From contig CM120644.1 of NCBI GenBank assembly GCA_051362555.1, forward strand, positions 24,512,534 through 24,576,533: 64,000 nt of DNA, written 5' to 3'. The stretch comes from Lingula anatina (lineage: Eukaryota; Animalia; Brachiopoda). The position numbers and the translations under genes were made by a program. This document shows, in pieces, positions 1 through 12,285 of the stretch. Positions within the stretch are counted from its first letter, which is position 1, and every line of letters starts with the position of its first letter. The notes under the pieces are model-generated. The model was not told the origin of the DNA. It saw only the letters and a list, made by a program, of their open reading frames with translations, and did not search any database.

Positions 1-15
1 TATATTATCTTCCAG

Positions 16-934
16 CTTACAATGGTCACACTGAGTGTTTGAGAACTCTACTCCAGAATGCAGATCACAAGGAGATAGTGGACTGTACAGATGAACAAGA
101 AAGGTATGGTGATTTGTAAGGTGTCTGCACGTTCTATTCCTCCTTGGTTTTTGTTACTTTAATGGTTGTCAAAGTATAACTCAAAAATGTTCAAAATAGT
201 CTTACTCAAAAATGTTCTGAAGTTGTAACTCACTAATGTTAAAAAAATTAAAAACTAAAAACAGAAAAGAGCCTTTTGTTTGAAAGCTGGATAGGAATTT
301 AAAGATCTCTGTGCAGCTACAGTACCTAAAATAAGTGAATAACAAAATATGGTCTTATAATGTTTGTATCTCCCTTAGGACCCTGCTGATGGTGGCTGAT
401 ATGTCATGTGAGCTATATATAAAAGTGGTGTTATGTTTCTTCCCAATCCCCGGACCCTGCTGATGCCGACTGTAATGTCATGTTGAACTGTACATAAAAG
501 CGAAGTTTAAATGTTTCTGTTCTCACCATATCTCCCCAGGACCCCTCTGATGGTGGCTGTATCTAATGGTCACGTAGACTGTGTTCTACTCCTGCTCAGT
601 CAGGGTGCTAACATCCACAGCACAGATATCTTTGGAAGGACGGCTCTACACAGAGGGGTGAGGAAGAAGTGGACTCTAAAAGTTGAATTAACATACCATT
701 TATGAAATTGTCATTCTCTGTCAACTATGTCTAAATAATACTAGATTAAAATTGTTTGAAAGAAATAGCTAGGAAAACAAGAAGAGATAGACATAAGTGC
801 ATTGTTAATAACATCAGGAAAAAAACGAGACTCAGTGCTTTTGGAATCTGTCTGGTTTTGCTAGTTCTTTACTTTGATGTTGTTGTTGTTGTGTGTGTGT
901 GTGTTCATGCATCCGTGTGTGTGCATGCATGTGT

Positions 935-967
<33 letters not shown>

Positions 968-2794
968 CATGCATTTATTTTATTGTACTTATTTCTTTAC
1001 TTAATATCCACCAGGCGGCATCTGGTCACGAGGAGTGTGCAGATGCTCTGTTACATCACGGTGCTGAGGTGAACAGTCGGGATTGTCATGGACGCACACC
1101 GCTCCACCTAGCGGCAGCTTGTGGTCATGTGGGAATGCTGGGAGCTCTCATGGAGGTGTGTGCTACGTCTGGGCCTGTTTACATCAGGTTCTATTTAAAA
1201 CCTGACAGTGATGATATAATTATGTATAATTGGAACCTAACACGATTATATTTCATGAAATTATCACAGCACAAAATCATAGTTAGATCATTATATTGCA
1301 AATGTATTATTTTCTTACAACTGTTAGGAAAATTGTGTTCGTTAAACCGTTTTTGGGTCTGTTAATATCATTTATTATTGTTAAAATTTACAGTACTGTT
1401 TCTTCATAACTAGATTGACTCAAAATGAACAATTTTATATGTGATAAACTAAAGTGATTTAAACATCAAAAATCTTTCAGTTGTTCCAGAAAATTTTTCT
1501 TTTGCTCTTTTGCTTATTAATAATCAAAATGCCCAAATGTAATTTATAGTGAAAAGGTAGTGTAATTCTGAGTGGAAGGGGAAAAAAGATCTATAGAATA
1601 AAAGGTTGATCCATATTTCAGTCTGGCTCCCCTCCTGAGAATCTACTGGATAATAAAGGCTACAGTCCACTGCATTGGGCCTGCTATAATGGTGAGTAAA
1701 ATACTGCATTGGGCCTGTTATAATGGTGAGTAAAATACTGCATTGGGCCTGTTATAATGGTGAGTAAAATACTGCATTGGACTTGTTATAATGGTGAGTA
1801 AAATACTGCATTGGGCCTGTTATAATGGTGAGTAAAATACTGCATTGGGCCTGTTATAATGGTGAGTAAAATACTGCACTGGGCTTGTTATAATGGTCAG
1901 TAAAATACTGCACTGGGCTTGTTATAATGGTCAGTAAAATACTGCACTGGGCTTGTTATAATGGTCAGTAAAATACTGCACTGGGCTTGTTATAATGGTC
2001 AGTAAAATACTGCATTGGGCCCATTATAATTCTGATTAAAATTAGAGCACTGGGCCTATTGTAATGGTGAGTAAAAATACAGTATTGGGCGTGTCATAAT
2101 GGTAAGGAAAGTGATGAGTTATGTATTTATTATTGTGAAAGTTAAAAACCGCCATTAAGCTAGTGAAAGGTAAATGCCTTATTCATATTTTTTCATCAGT
2201 GAAGTGGAGATGTATAAATCATATCAAATCATAAAAAATCCATCTTAAAATGCATTCTTTGTATTTCACCGTAAAATGTGGTTTTTGTTCCAGGTCATGA
2301 CAGTTGTGTAGAACTGCTAATGGAGCTGAAACAACTGAAAGAATTCAATGGCAACCAGTATACACCTCTGCACTGTGCTGTGTAAGTACTGCAGTTGTGT
2401 ATGTATGTATGTGTATGTTTGACTGTGTGTGTGTGTGTCTGTGTACACGTGCACTGTGCAAGTAAGAATTGTGCTTGGGTGTGCTTGTGAGCATGTGTGT
2501 GTTTTTGTGTGTGTGTGTGTAGTGTAAGTAATGGAGTACGCAGAGCTTTTATGTAGAATCAAAGAATTCTGAATTTTTTCTTGCAGTCTTTAAGGGACCT
2601 CATCTGAATAGGTTTGGTTCCTTGGTAAATGTTTAGAAATTTTTAAAGACCTTTTACTCATGTCTGTTGGTGAAAAGAGTTTTTGATTCAACCTTTTTGG
2701 AATTATTTGTGTCAATCATTTTTCTTATTAACTAAAATGCTCAGTATACTAGTGTGTGTATTATGATTATTATTATTATTACTTTTATTATTAC

Positions 2795-2829
<35 letters not shown>

Positions 2830-5800
2830 CTGCAGAGGTAATGGTCATGACACTTGTACAGAACTATTACTGGAGACATTGGGAGAGGCCGTCATTGGCA
2901 AACAAGATGGCAAAGGAAGGTAGGCGGAAAACAAAAGGACTTTTGTATAATTTTATCTTCAAAATATCAAGATAGCCAGTGCTTGTGTTTTTAAAGCTTT
3001 TTACTCTCTTTTCTCAGAAGTATGATTTTCACATTTCTTAATTAATTTTTATGTACAGACACAGATGTGTCTGTACATATTGCCATCACCTGCGTCTGTC
3101 GTCGCCGTCGTCGCCGATGCCGATGCCGATGGCAATGCCGTCGCCGTGCACTTTCACTGTAATCACGATAACTGGAACACAGTTTTATTTTTTGGTTTTA
3201 TATTTACAGAGCTGATGAATATTCATAAAACGCAGGTCAAGTTCGAAAATCAGCATGATCGGGCCATTATTGTAGAAGTTATGCTGTTTTATCACTTTTC
3301 AGCATATATGCAACCCTGTAAACACATTTTAAGGAAAACCGTTAGGCCTGTTGTCATGAAACTCACAAGAGTAATCAATCTTACTAAAACGCAGGTCAAG
3401 TTCGAAAATTGGCATGATCGGGCCACTATTTTACTAGTTATGCTGTTTTTTCCTTTTTTTTCAGCATATGTGCAACACTGTAAACACAATATAAGAAAAA
3501 CCGATAGGCCAATTGCCATTAAACTCACAGGAGTGGTCAATCTTACTAAAATGCAGGTCGAGTTCGAAAATCAGCATAATCGGGCCATTATTTTAGAAGT
3601 TATGCTGTTTTTTCACATTTCCTCAGATTCAATTCTTAGGCATGTTAACAGTCTTATTATTTTACTAATAAGATACATTAAAGTGTTTGTTTGACATTTC
3701 CTGCATCTTTACAACATTGTTAGTTGATTATGTAAAAATGATGGTAAACTTTTTATCGTGTATTGTGTAATAAAGTGTCAAAAATGGAAATAAACTCATA
3801 TCATTGCAGTTTGTCAGATTCAATCATTCACTATGTTCAGAATCTCAGAATGGAGGAAATTGGACATTTAACACTATTCTATTGATATTTTTCCCATCTC
3901 ATCAATTATCTTAGTTGATCATATAAAAATTGCAGTAAACTGTTTATTTTGTTTTATGTTAAAAAAGTGTTAAAAATGGAAATAAACCCATGTCAGAACA
4001 GTGCTGTCTTGTTTACATTTTGGCATTTTCAAGGCGTGACTTTGAAGTTCCATGGGCCTGAAGACCTTTGCTAGTCACATTTTCTGAATATCCATGATGC
4101 TAATATTTTATTATTAAAAATTGATGGTCATTATGCTGTTAAACATTATGTAATATTGCATCAAAATTTGAAAAAAATCTATTTTGGACACTGCTCCCAT
4201 GATGAGCATTTAAGAAAAACCATGTCACTTACTGTTCTCAAACAGTACAGTAAATATGTACAGATGTGTCTGTACATATTGCCATCACCTGCATCTATCG
4301 TCGCCGTCACTGTCACTGGTGCCGTGCACTTTCATTGTAAACACGATAAGTGGAAGTCAATTTTACTTTTTGGCTGTATATTTACAGAGCTGATGAATAT
4401 TCATAAAATGCAGGTCAAATTCGAAAATCAGCATGATCGAGCCATTATTGTAGAAGTTATGCTGTTTTTTCACTTTTCAGCATATATGCAACACTGTAAA
4501 CACATTTCAAGGAAAACCGATAGGCCTGTTGTCATGAAACTCACAGGAGTAATCGATCTTACTAAAACGCAGGTCAAGTTCGAAAATCGGCATGATCGGG
4601 CCACTATTTTAGTAGTTATGCTGTTTTTTCATTTTTCAGCATATATGCAACACTGTAAACACAATATAAGAAAAACAGATGGGCCAATTGTCATGAAAGT
4701 CACAGGAGGGGTCAATTTTACTAAAATGCAGGTTGAGTTCGTAAATCAGCATAATCGTGCCATTATTTTAGAAGGTGTGCTGTTTTTTCACATTTCCTCA
4801 GATTCAATTCTTAGGCATGTTAACAGTCTCATTATTAAACTAATAAGATACGTAAAAGTGTTTGTTTGACATTTCCTGCATCTTTACAACATTGTTAGTT
4901 GATTATGTAAAAATGATGGTAAACTTTTTATCGTGTATTGTGTAATAAAGTGTCAAAAATGGAAATAAACTCATATCATTGCAGTTTGTCAGATTCAATC
5001 ATCCACTATGTTCAGAATCTCAGAATGGAGGAAATTGGACATTTAACACTGTTCTATTGATATTTTTCCAATATCATTAATTTTCTTAGTTGATCATATA
5101 AAAATGGCAGTAAACTGTTCATTTTGTTTTATGTTAAAAAAGTGTTAAAAATGGAAATAAACCCATTTCAGAACAGTGCTGTCTTGTTAAAATTTGATGT
5201 TAAATTTGCAGTTTAACATTATGTACTTTTGCATCAGAATTGGCAGTAGCCTATTTTGTGCATAGTTATTTCCTGCTTTTTGTCTGTACATTTGACAGCT
5301 TTGCTGCCTTGTTTTGTCTATTCAACCAGTATTAATGACTTATGTATGTGATAAATCCCATATAAACATTAGTATTTCCCATGCTTAAAAACATCAATTT
5401 CACATTAAATGAAAATGCAAGGGATTCAGGTTATCTAAAGTGTAGTAAGACTTCTCTTTTTTCCTCCGTTGGAATGTCGGACATGAGCTTTGTCTGTGGA
5501 AAAACAAAAGTCCACGCTTTTTAATTCAATTCTGATAGTTCCTGAGATTCATCAGGGTTAGGTATTGGGTCCCATGATATACTTAGCGTTGATATGTTCA
5601 GAGGATTTTTTAAAACCTAGGCTCATGTGTGGCATATCCACTTTGAATATCTTAACCTCCACAAATTTTTTTTTGGTACAGTGTTTTGAATTTATGAATA
5701 TGAATAAAACCAAAATAAACTCTTCTGTTTCCTAAGGACTGCGCTACATGCGGGTGCCTTCGGTGACCATTGCGACTGTGTACAGATGTTATTGGCTGCA

Positions 5801-7610
5801 GGCAGCGATATTAACAAAATGGACGCCCTGGGTCGGACACCCCTCATGTTTGCTGCCATGAATGGCCAGAGCTCTGTCGTAGGTGGGTTTTGGTAGACGA
5901 TTCTGGAGGTTTGGGGTCAAAACTGTGATTTTTCAAAAAGGTTTAGAGTAATGTTTCTAAATTTCCGGTAGCAGAGCTTAGCTTTTTCTGCAAAAATAAT
6001 GTAAGTTTAAAGCAGAATAATGTTTGTTTCACCATTTCTGATTCAACTCAAAAGTTTGAGGCACCTTGAGAGATTATGCCTTGAAACAAGGAGTATTAGC
6101 TCGTGTTATTTAGGGGAAAATATTTGCTACAGACAAATAGTAAGCCAAGGTTAAGCTCTGGTCATTATTGTCATACAACCAGTGTATATTTATCTTTCAG
6201 AGATGCTGCTAGATAACAGAGCAGATGTTACTTTGGTAGACGATGACAAAAACACTGCCCTCCACCATGCCTGCATACATGTAAGTTACGTTTTAACAGC
6301 TTGCAATAAGCATTAGAATTTCATATATAAAGCAAAAAAAAAAAAAAAAACAGAAATTTTAGCATTTTCCTCTATCAGCAAGGTATGCCATATACAAAAC
6401 TCTAATAAAAATTATGGTTTTTACTCCTGTTTTTAAACTTTAAGTTTGCAACTCTGTAAACAGCGGTAGAAACCAGACTTTAAAACAAAAAAAAAATCTC
6501 ACCTTAAACTTGCCCTAGTGAATCTTTAAAAAAAAGTTTAGTTGTGGATTTAGTGTGATAGCATACAATATAGTGACCCTGACCTCACTGTGACCTTGAC
6601 CTCACTGTGACCTTGACCTGTGTCTGTTCCAGCGCCATACACCAGATGCCCTGCTAATTCTGGAGAAGTTAGACGATTCTGACGACGTCCTCAACTTTGC
6701 CAATAATGAACAGAAAACGTGAGTTCTGAATATTATTGTACCACGTTTTAGCAGATCAAAGAATATTCAGAACAAATCTTGGTCATATCTTTCCATTTCT
6801 TACTGTGGACATTTTTATTATTTTTTAATTCATTTTTTGTTATCTGTATATGAGAAGTCAGCCAGTAGATCATTGATTTGATCATCTATTTAGTGTAATA
6901 TTATATTTACAAATACACTTTGAAAAAATGTAATATCCTGTAAAACCCTGTTGTATTCCAGGTGTCTCCACATAGCTGGACGTCATGGTATGGTGCCGGT
7001 GGTACAGACGCTGATCAGTAAAGGTGCCAGCGTGCTCGCTGTGGATGAGAACGGTAAGGGGGAGCAGTCTTACTGCTCAGTGAGAACAGTAAGGGGTAGT
7101 TTTGTTAGATTTACTAGAGAGAATTAGGGATTGTAGTGGTTGATTTACTGAGAATTGTAAAGGATAATGTGATAACTATGCAGTGAGAATGTTAAGGGTT
7201 AGATTTGTAAGAAGTACCCAGAAATTGTACTTGATTATTTTACTGAAAAAAGTTATTATTATGAAATTTCATTAATGAAGGCTACACCCCAGCCCTGTCT
7301 TGCGCCCCAAATCCACAAGTAGCAGACTGCCTGGCCATCATTTTGGCTCAGATGTTACCGTTCACCCCGGGGACCACCATGAGGTCAGGACGTCTGGACA
7401 TTACCAGTTCTCCAGGTGACCATGCATGCTTTGATTGAGATCAATCAAGCTTCTGTTTTAAAAAATAAATCTTGTTTAAAGAAACTAAACTGTTCATGAG
7501 TAGTTTCGTTGTGATCAAAACTGTTTGATGATGTCGAAGGTCTTATGTAGAGGGTAAAACTTGTTTGATCACTTTGGAAGAATTGAATTCTTCACCATCT
7601 CTGACAATTA

Positions 7611-7680
<70 letters not shown>

Positions 7681-7921
7681 AGACAAATTCATTTCTAAGA
7701 TTGTCCAGCATTGTTAACTGTTGGAGATTAAGCAAGACATCAGTGATGATAAAGATTGTGATGCAATGTAAAACATTTTGATATAATTTTATTTAAAAAA
7801 TCTCATTCCAGGTGGCTCGAGGAATCTGGACACCAGTGACCAGGGCTCAGTTGGCCGTAATTTGCAGGACACACGGGAGCTCTCCGGGTCAGTGCAGAGC
7901 TCTGACTCTGAGTTTTATTAA
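16..7921 (+). CDS. ANKRD28: 3' part of serine/threonine-protein phosphatase 6 regulatory ankyrin repeat subunit (ANKRD28/44/52 family); 5' exons lie outside the window
   Basis: Twelve phase-compatible GT-AG exons: 16-103, 540-657, 1015-1155, 1622-1691, 2294-2381, 2836-2919, 5737-5882, 6201-6280, 6633-6718, 6962-7053, 7281-7415, 7812-7921(TAA). The spliced product is a run of ankyrin repeats ([33 protein letters not shown]). It ends in [22 protein letters not shown]...SDSEFY*, which resembles the ANKRD28 C-terminus as I recall it (GYTPALACAPN..VADCLALIL, DSDSETY). Invertebrates probably have one gene for the whole family. Confidence 0.9.
1669..2110 (+). repeat. 34-bp minisatellite made of the exon 3' end plus splice donor (about 13 units)
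   Basis: Unit ACTGCATTGGGCCTGTTATAATG|GTGAGTAAAAT. Ten near-perfect copies span 1669-2008 and three degenerate copies run to ~2110. Unit 1 is the real exon end and donor at 1691/1692. Confidence 0.95.
3051..5312 (+). mobile_element. Helentron-associated non-autonomous element (HINE/DINE-1-like), head-to-tail dimer in ANKRD28 intron
   Basis: 5' ATGTACAGACA..TGTCTGTACAT inverted pair (3051-3078) preceded by a T-run, then a short GTCGCC microsatellite and ~160-bp tandem cores (AAAACGCAGGTCAAGTTCGAAAAT...). A second unit starts at ~4256. The 3' end has the sub-terminal TGTCTGTACAT (5281-5291) and a GACAGC-TTT-GCTGCC hairpin followed by Ts. Confidence 0.75.
7612..7682. repeat. (TG)n(AG)n compound microsatellite at the left edge of the duplicated segment
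   Basis: Direct reading; a homologous (AG)/(TG) tract lies at 18385-18460. Confidence 0.95.
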
Positions 7922-9605
7922 TGAGGTTGACATAAGTGACCACTGATGGACATAGGTCAGTATAGCTGACCGCAGGTGGCCAAAGGACATCAGTGACCAC
8001 AAGTGACCATTGGTGGAAGAGTATGACCACCTTATAAAAGCTGAAGAATTCTGTACATGCTGTACACCAGACTTTGACAAAAAGTTTTTAATGAGATGAA
8101 CATATATTATAAACACTGATGATTTGTACATTTTAAGTCAGCATAGAGGACTCCAATTCTGTTACGGAGGTGTAAATTTTATATATAAATGAGATGGACA
8201 GGGCTCTTTATAATATCTGGTGTTAAGGTGTTGTTAACTGAAGGTCAACTTGATATGCTAAGACAAGGATTGTGAAACTGTTGAAGTCTATTAAAATGAA
8301 TTCCCATCAATGAGAATGAATTTTCAGTGACTCTGACTGTAATGCCGAGAGTAAACCATAACCTCTTGCTGTTGAATCGACTGTTTGGTGGAGATCGTTT
8401 TGTCTGATTACATATCAAAGTAGTATGTTTTTGAGAGCAGAGATTTGTAGCAAGCTATCAGAGTGTAATTAAAGACCTGTGATTCTGGTCACAATGAGAA
8501 CATTGGACGGATATAGGTAAATAATTGTGATATTTAAGATGTACAGTTTCAGAGCTTGGACCTTGATAAGTCATGGTGCAACTTTTCACCAACATTCCTG
8601 AAACTTAAAGGTTATTAGCAAAGCATGGGTTTTACTGATTTTAAAGCTGATGCCATTTTTCAGAGCTAAGATGATTGTTATAACTTCCATGTCAGTGACA
8701 GTAGAATCAGTTATTCAAAATACTAGAGTTACAGAGGGGAGAATGTAGTAATTGCAGTCTAAATGCCAACTTTTCTCTGTTTGTTAAGAGTATGTGATAC
8801 CGATAGATATGGTAAAGACCGCCTTAGTGTATTTTAACTCCAGATTTTAATTTAAAGTATCTGTGTGTGGAGGCCCAGAGTATGCATCACTGCAGTAGAC
8901 AAGAGTGTGACTTATTTTAGTCTGTGTATAGTGAGTCCGAGACTCTTCCAGACTAAAACTATTAGCACTAGTAGGGACAAGTAGGGATATTATATTATAT
9001 TGAATTATACGGCAACTAATTGTCACAAATTGTAGCATAATATACTATTATTAACCAATTTCCTTCACTTTAGACACATTAATATACAGTATATATAGTT
9101 TTAATTGTCACATAAAGCATAAGCAAGCAGTGCATTTTTGCATAGTGGCTTACTATTGATGGGTTTTAGTTTTAAACACACAGTATGAGGAAATATGATT
9201 TAATGTTAATCGTGTTGAAAAGTTAATAGTTTCTAAAGAGACAGCATGCTTTCCTACCGAGGAAGCATGACGTCACAAAGGTCACATGATCTCAAAGATC
9301 ACATGACTGACACATGGGTGAGTTCTGGATGCTAGGACGTCACATCTCATTAGATACTGTTTATTTTTCAACAATGGTCTACGTGTAAAAACCATTCCAG
9401 CCACAAAAAAAGGCATTTTATGTGCATGTCCACAGAGAAAAACCTTTGTATCAAAGTTTAAGGTTATTCAGTGTATTTGGTCATAGTTGGAGAACTGAAA
9501 TGTGAGATTAAGGCCTTATCCACATATTTAGATGGCCTGTACATTACCTGAACCTTTTTTCTCCTAATTTTAAAGATGTACTCACTGATCTGTGTGCACT
9601 TGTTG

Positions 9606-9611
9606 AATAAA
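9606..9611 (+). promoter_or_regulatory. Candidate polyadenylation signal of ANKRD28
   Basis: AATAAA followed by GT/T-rich sequence about 1.7 kb after the stop; the duplicate copy reads AATAAT (~19876). Confidence 0.4.
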
Positions 9612-11358
9612 CGTAAGAACAGTATGATTCCAAGATAGAATATTTTGTTGGTTTGGAAATAACAGTTTATCTACTATTATTTATTTATTTATCTATTTAT
9701 TTGGACCAGGAGACGTGAGGCACTTGTCTGAAGTGCATGCACTGAACTGGAACTCACACCATGGAACTGTATATAGATAGCTTCCACATAGTTCATGCTC
9801 GCACCTAGTGAGACATGCAACTCAGTTGTCCACGTGACCCCTCCCCCCAAGACACAGAGATTCCCTTCTACTGTTTTCTCCCCTACAATAAACACTGATG
9901 AGACATTTCTGACTTTTTCGGGGTCATTTGGGTCATTTGTTGTGAATCGTGGACCCTGTTCCCCCGGCCAATTTTCCTACTTTTTCAATGAGGACTGGTC
10001 TCATCCCTGAATAAACCATTCGTAGCAAACGAAACCAAGCGATGCCCTTTCTCTGTACCGTTCATTTACACTAAAATCGCATTGACATTAGTCCATTTCT
10101 CTATCTTTGGTGAGCGAAATAAACCAATTTAACCCCCTCCCCTCCTCCCCAACCCCATATAGAACCTGATCCCGCCAGTGCCACGGAGACAAAAATTGGT
10201 AAGCCGACAGATTCTCGCCAATATTTTTGCCAGGGCGTTGCAAACGTTGATCTATAAAAACGTTTCCTTTTAAGCTTCTGGCAAAACTGTAACTACCACT
10301 GTCTATTTGTTCATCAGCTTGGCTAGTAAAGGAACCATTTTCTTTTTACGGAAGTTTGACACTTTAGATAGATCGGTCGTTACGTAATTTGACGCCCTAC
10401 ACAATGCCTGCGCATCGTCAATCAATACCGACGTCGTCATAGTAGATTCTGTCAATTTTTACCTGTAATAAGGTTCCTCTTTGTATGATAAGCAAACCAT
10501 TCCACCTTGTTATTTATTCCTTGTACCTGGTAAATTTTAAAATCATAACGAATGTATTCCATGCGATAACTATGGAACGTAGCCTACGTAGGTCTATCTG
10601 AAGATTTAACATATCAATGCCAAATAAACATCTAGTAGAAGAACACTCATTTGTCTATTGATTTGAACAGGCACTAGTGCGTCACGCATCGTGTAATACA
10701 CTTCAGTTTAGCCTAGTTATTTTATCTAATTGCTGACTCCCCGTTTTTCTCGCAGATTTTTAATGTTCTTAGATGTCTTTTCAAAAAATGAAAATAAAAT
10801 TGCAACTAACGCGTCATAAAAATAACACCCATTTTCCCCATGGGTGTGAATGATAACAAGTGCGCCACGCACGCTTCAACGTAGTTTGGCCTAGTCCTTT
10901 ATCTGGTCAATGACTCCCATTGTTTTTTCTTTTTTTCATTTTTGTAACGTACTTATTGATCTACACTAAGTGCGTATTTTTTTCAATAAACGTGCAACTG
11001 TTCAAAGATAAACAATATCCCCAGTGTGTTAACTGAACGGTTCTTTTCTTCTCCCTGGACGCACTTTACTTCTTTTCGACCTTAAATAGGGTTCTCAGGA
11101 AAGCAACGATTGACAAAGGGGATGTGCAAAGTGGCAGAGCTTTTAGGATATTTGACTTCTTTTGTGTCTTAATTAGATTATCTGACGTAAATCACAAAGC
11201 ACAAAACTGCGTGTAAAAAGGCTGATAACAGCGTGACAATGAAGGGTTTCAGGACGAATATAATGGGACAGAAATACGAATATCTGTCCAACTTACGGGA
11301 CCGATGTTTTCCACAAAAAAGCTCGACATCAGTTGAGGGTTAAATCTTTGGCAAAGCA

Positions 11359-11703
11359 ATGTCCTCCACAAGAACCTTGTCTTTCCATGCAAGGCTGTCA
11401 AAAGGGAGACTTATGCTTATATGGTTGTCATGGCAACTAGCGATAGCTGGTGCCTTGCACGTGGGATATATGGTTAGATTCAAGAAAATAGGGACTGACA
11501 GCCACCACGTGTCGGATACGTTATTTGAGCTAGAGGGACACGACAAACCTCAGTGCGCCATGGAGTGTATCAACACCGAGACATGCGTCTCTTTTAGCGT
11601 CACAATATCCCCTGACGTGCCTGGTTCTTCCTGTCGTCTGTCGAGGTCGTCTGCAGGTGTGACTGATTTGCAGCCAGGGAGCGGATGGTCTTATTTCGTT
11701 ATG
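11359..11703 (+). CDS. Secreted PAN/apple-domain protein, exon 1, duplicate copy A (downstream exons uncertain)
   Basis: Intact ORF with a hydrophobic signal-like stretch (MLIWLSWQLAIAGA) and the PAN motif QCAMECINTETCVSFS...CRL...GWSYF. Donor ATG|GTAAGT at 11703/4. The exons 2-3 used by copy B are not duplicated here. Confidence 0.55.
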
Positions 11704-12250
11704 GTAAGTTGATTGCAGCCAGGGAGCGGATGGTCTTATTTCGTTATGGTAAGTTGATGTTTCTTGGAATATTTCGATGTGGAATACGATATTTTCAAAT
11801 GTCGAATGTAAAACATTAAACAGTGGATATATATATATTATATATGAATATGTCTCATATACTCTTAAAAGATTGTTACAAATTTTAATGTTGTAGAATT
11901 CCAATGATTCACCAAGTTTACTTTAGTTTAATTTATTTTTATTGTTTATAACGAGTTGTGGGTAAAATGAACAACAAACGTGTTTTTCTTTTTATAAAAC
12001 TCAGGATAAAACTGGTTCCAAAATACTACTAGATGTATTCGATTTGAAAGGAGTTTTTAAATTTATTTAAAATGTACAGTGGCACTACATTGTCTAGTTT
12101 TTAGCTGTTTTAGAGATTGTCGATGACACGAGAAAGTTTTTTTCGCAATTTTTTCATCTTATCACACTGATATCTGAGGAAAAATTTAACCACGTGTTGT
12201 TAATAATAAGAAGAGCTAAAAACTAAATGTTATTATTATTATTATTATTA

Positions 12251-12285
<35 letters not shown>

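Noticed and set aside
1669-2110. 34-bp array as a CRISPR-like locus
   Set aside because: Units are contiguous with no unique spacers, derive from an exon end, and lie in a eukaryotic intron with no cas genes.
3065-4869. 209-aa and 237-aa ORFs as paralogous protein genes
   Set aside because: They are translations of the HINE core repeats within an intron, with no domain or splice context.
7416-7438. Read-through stop (PGDHACFD*) as the true ANKRD28 end
   Set aside because: Splicing to 7812 gives the family-like SDSEFY terminus; a minor isoform cannot be excluded.
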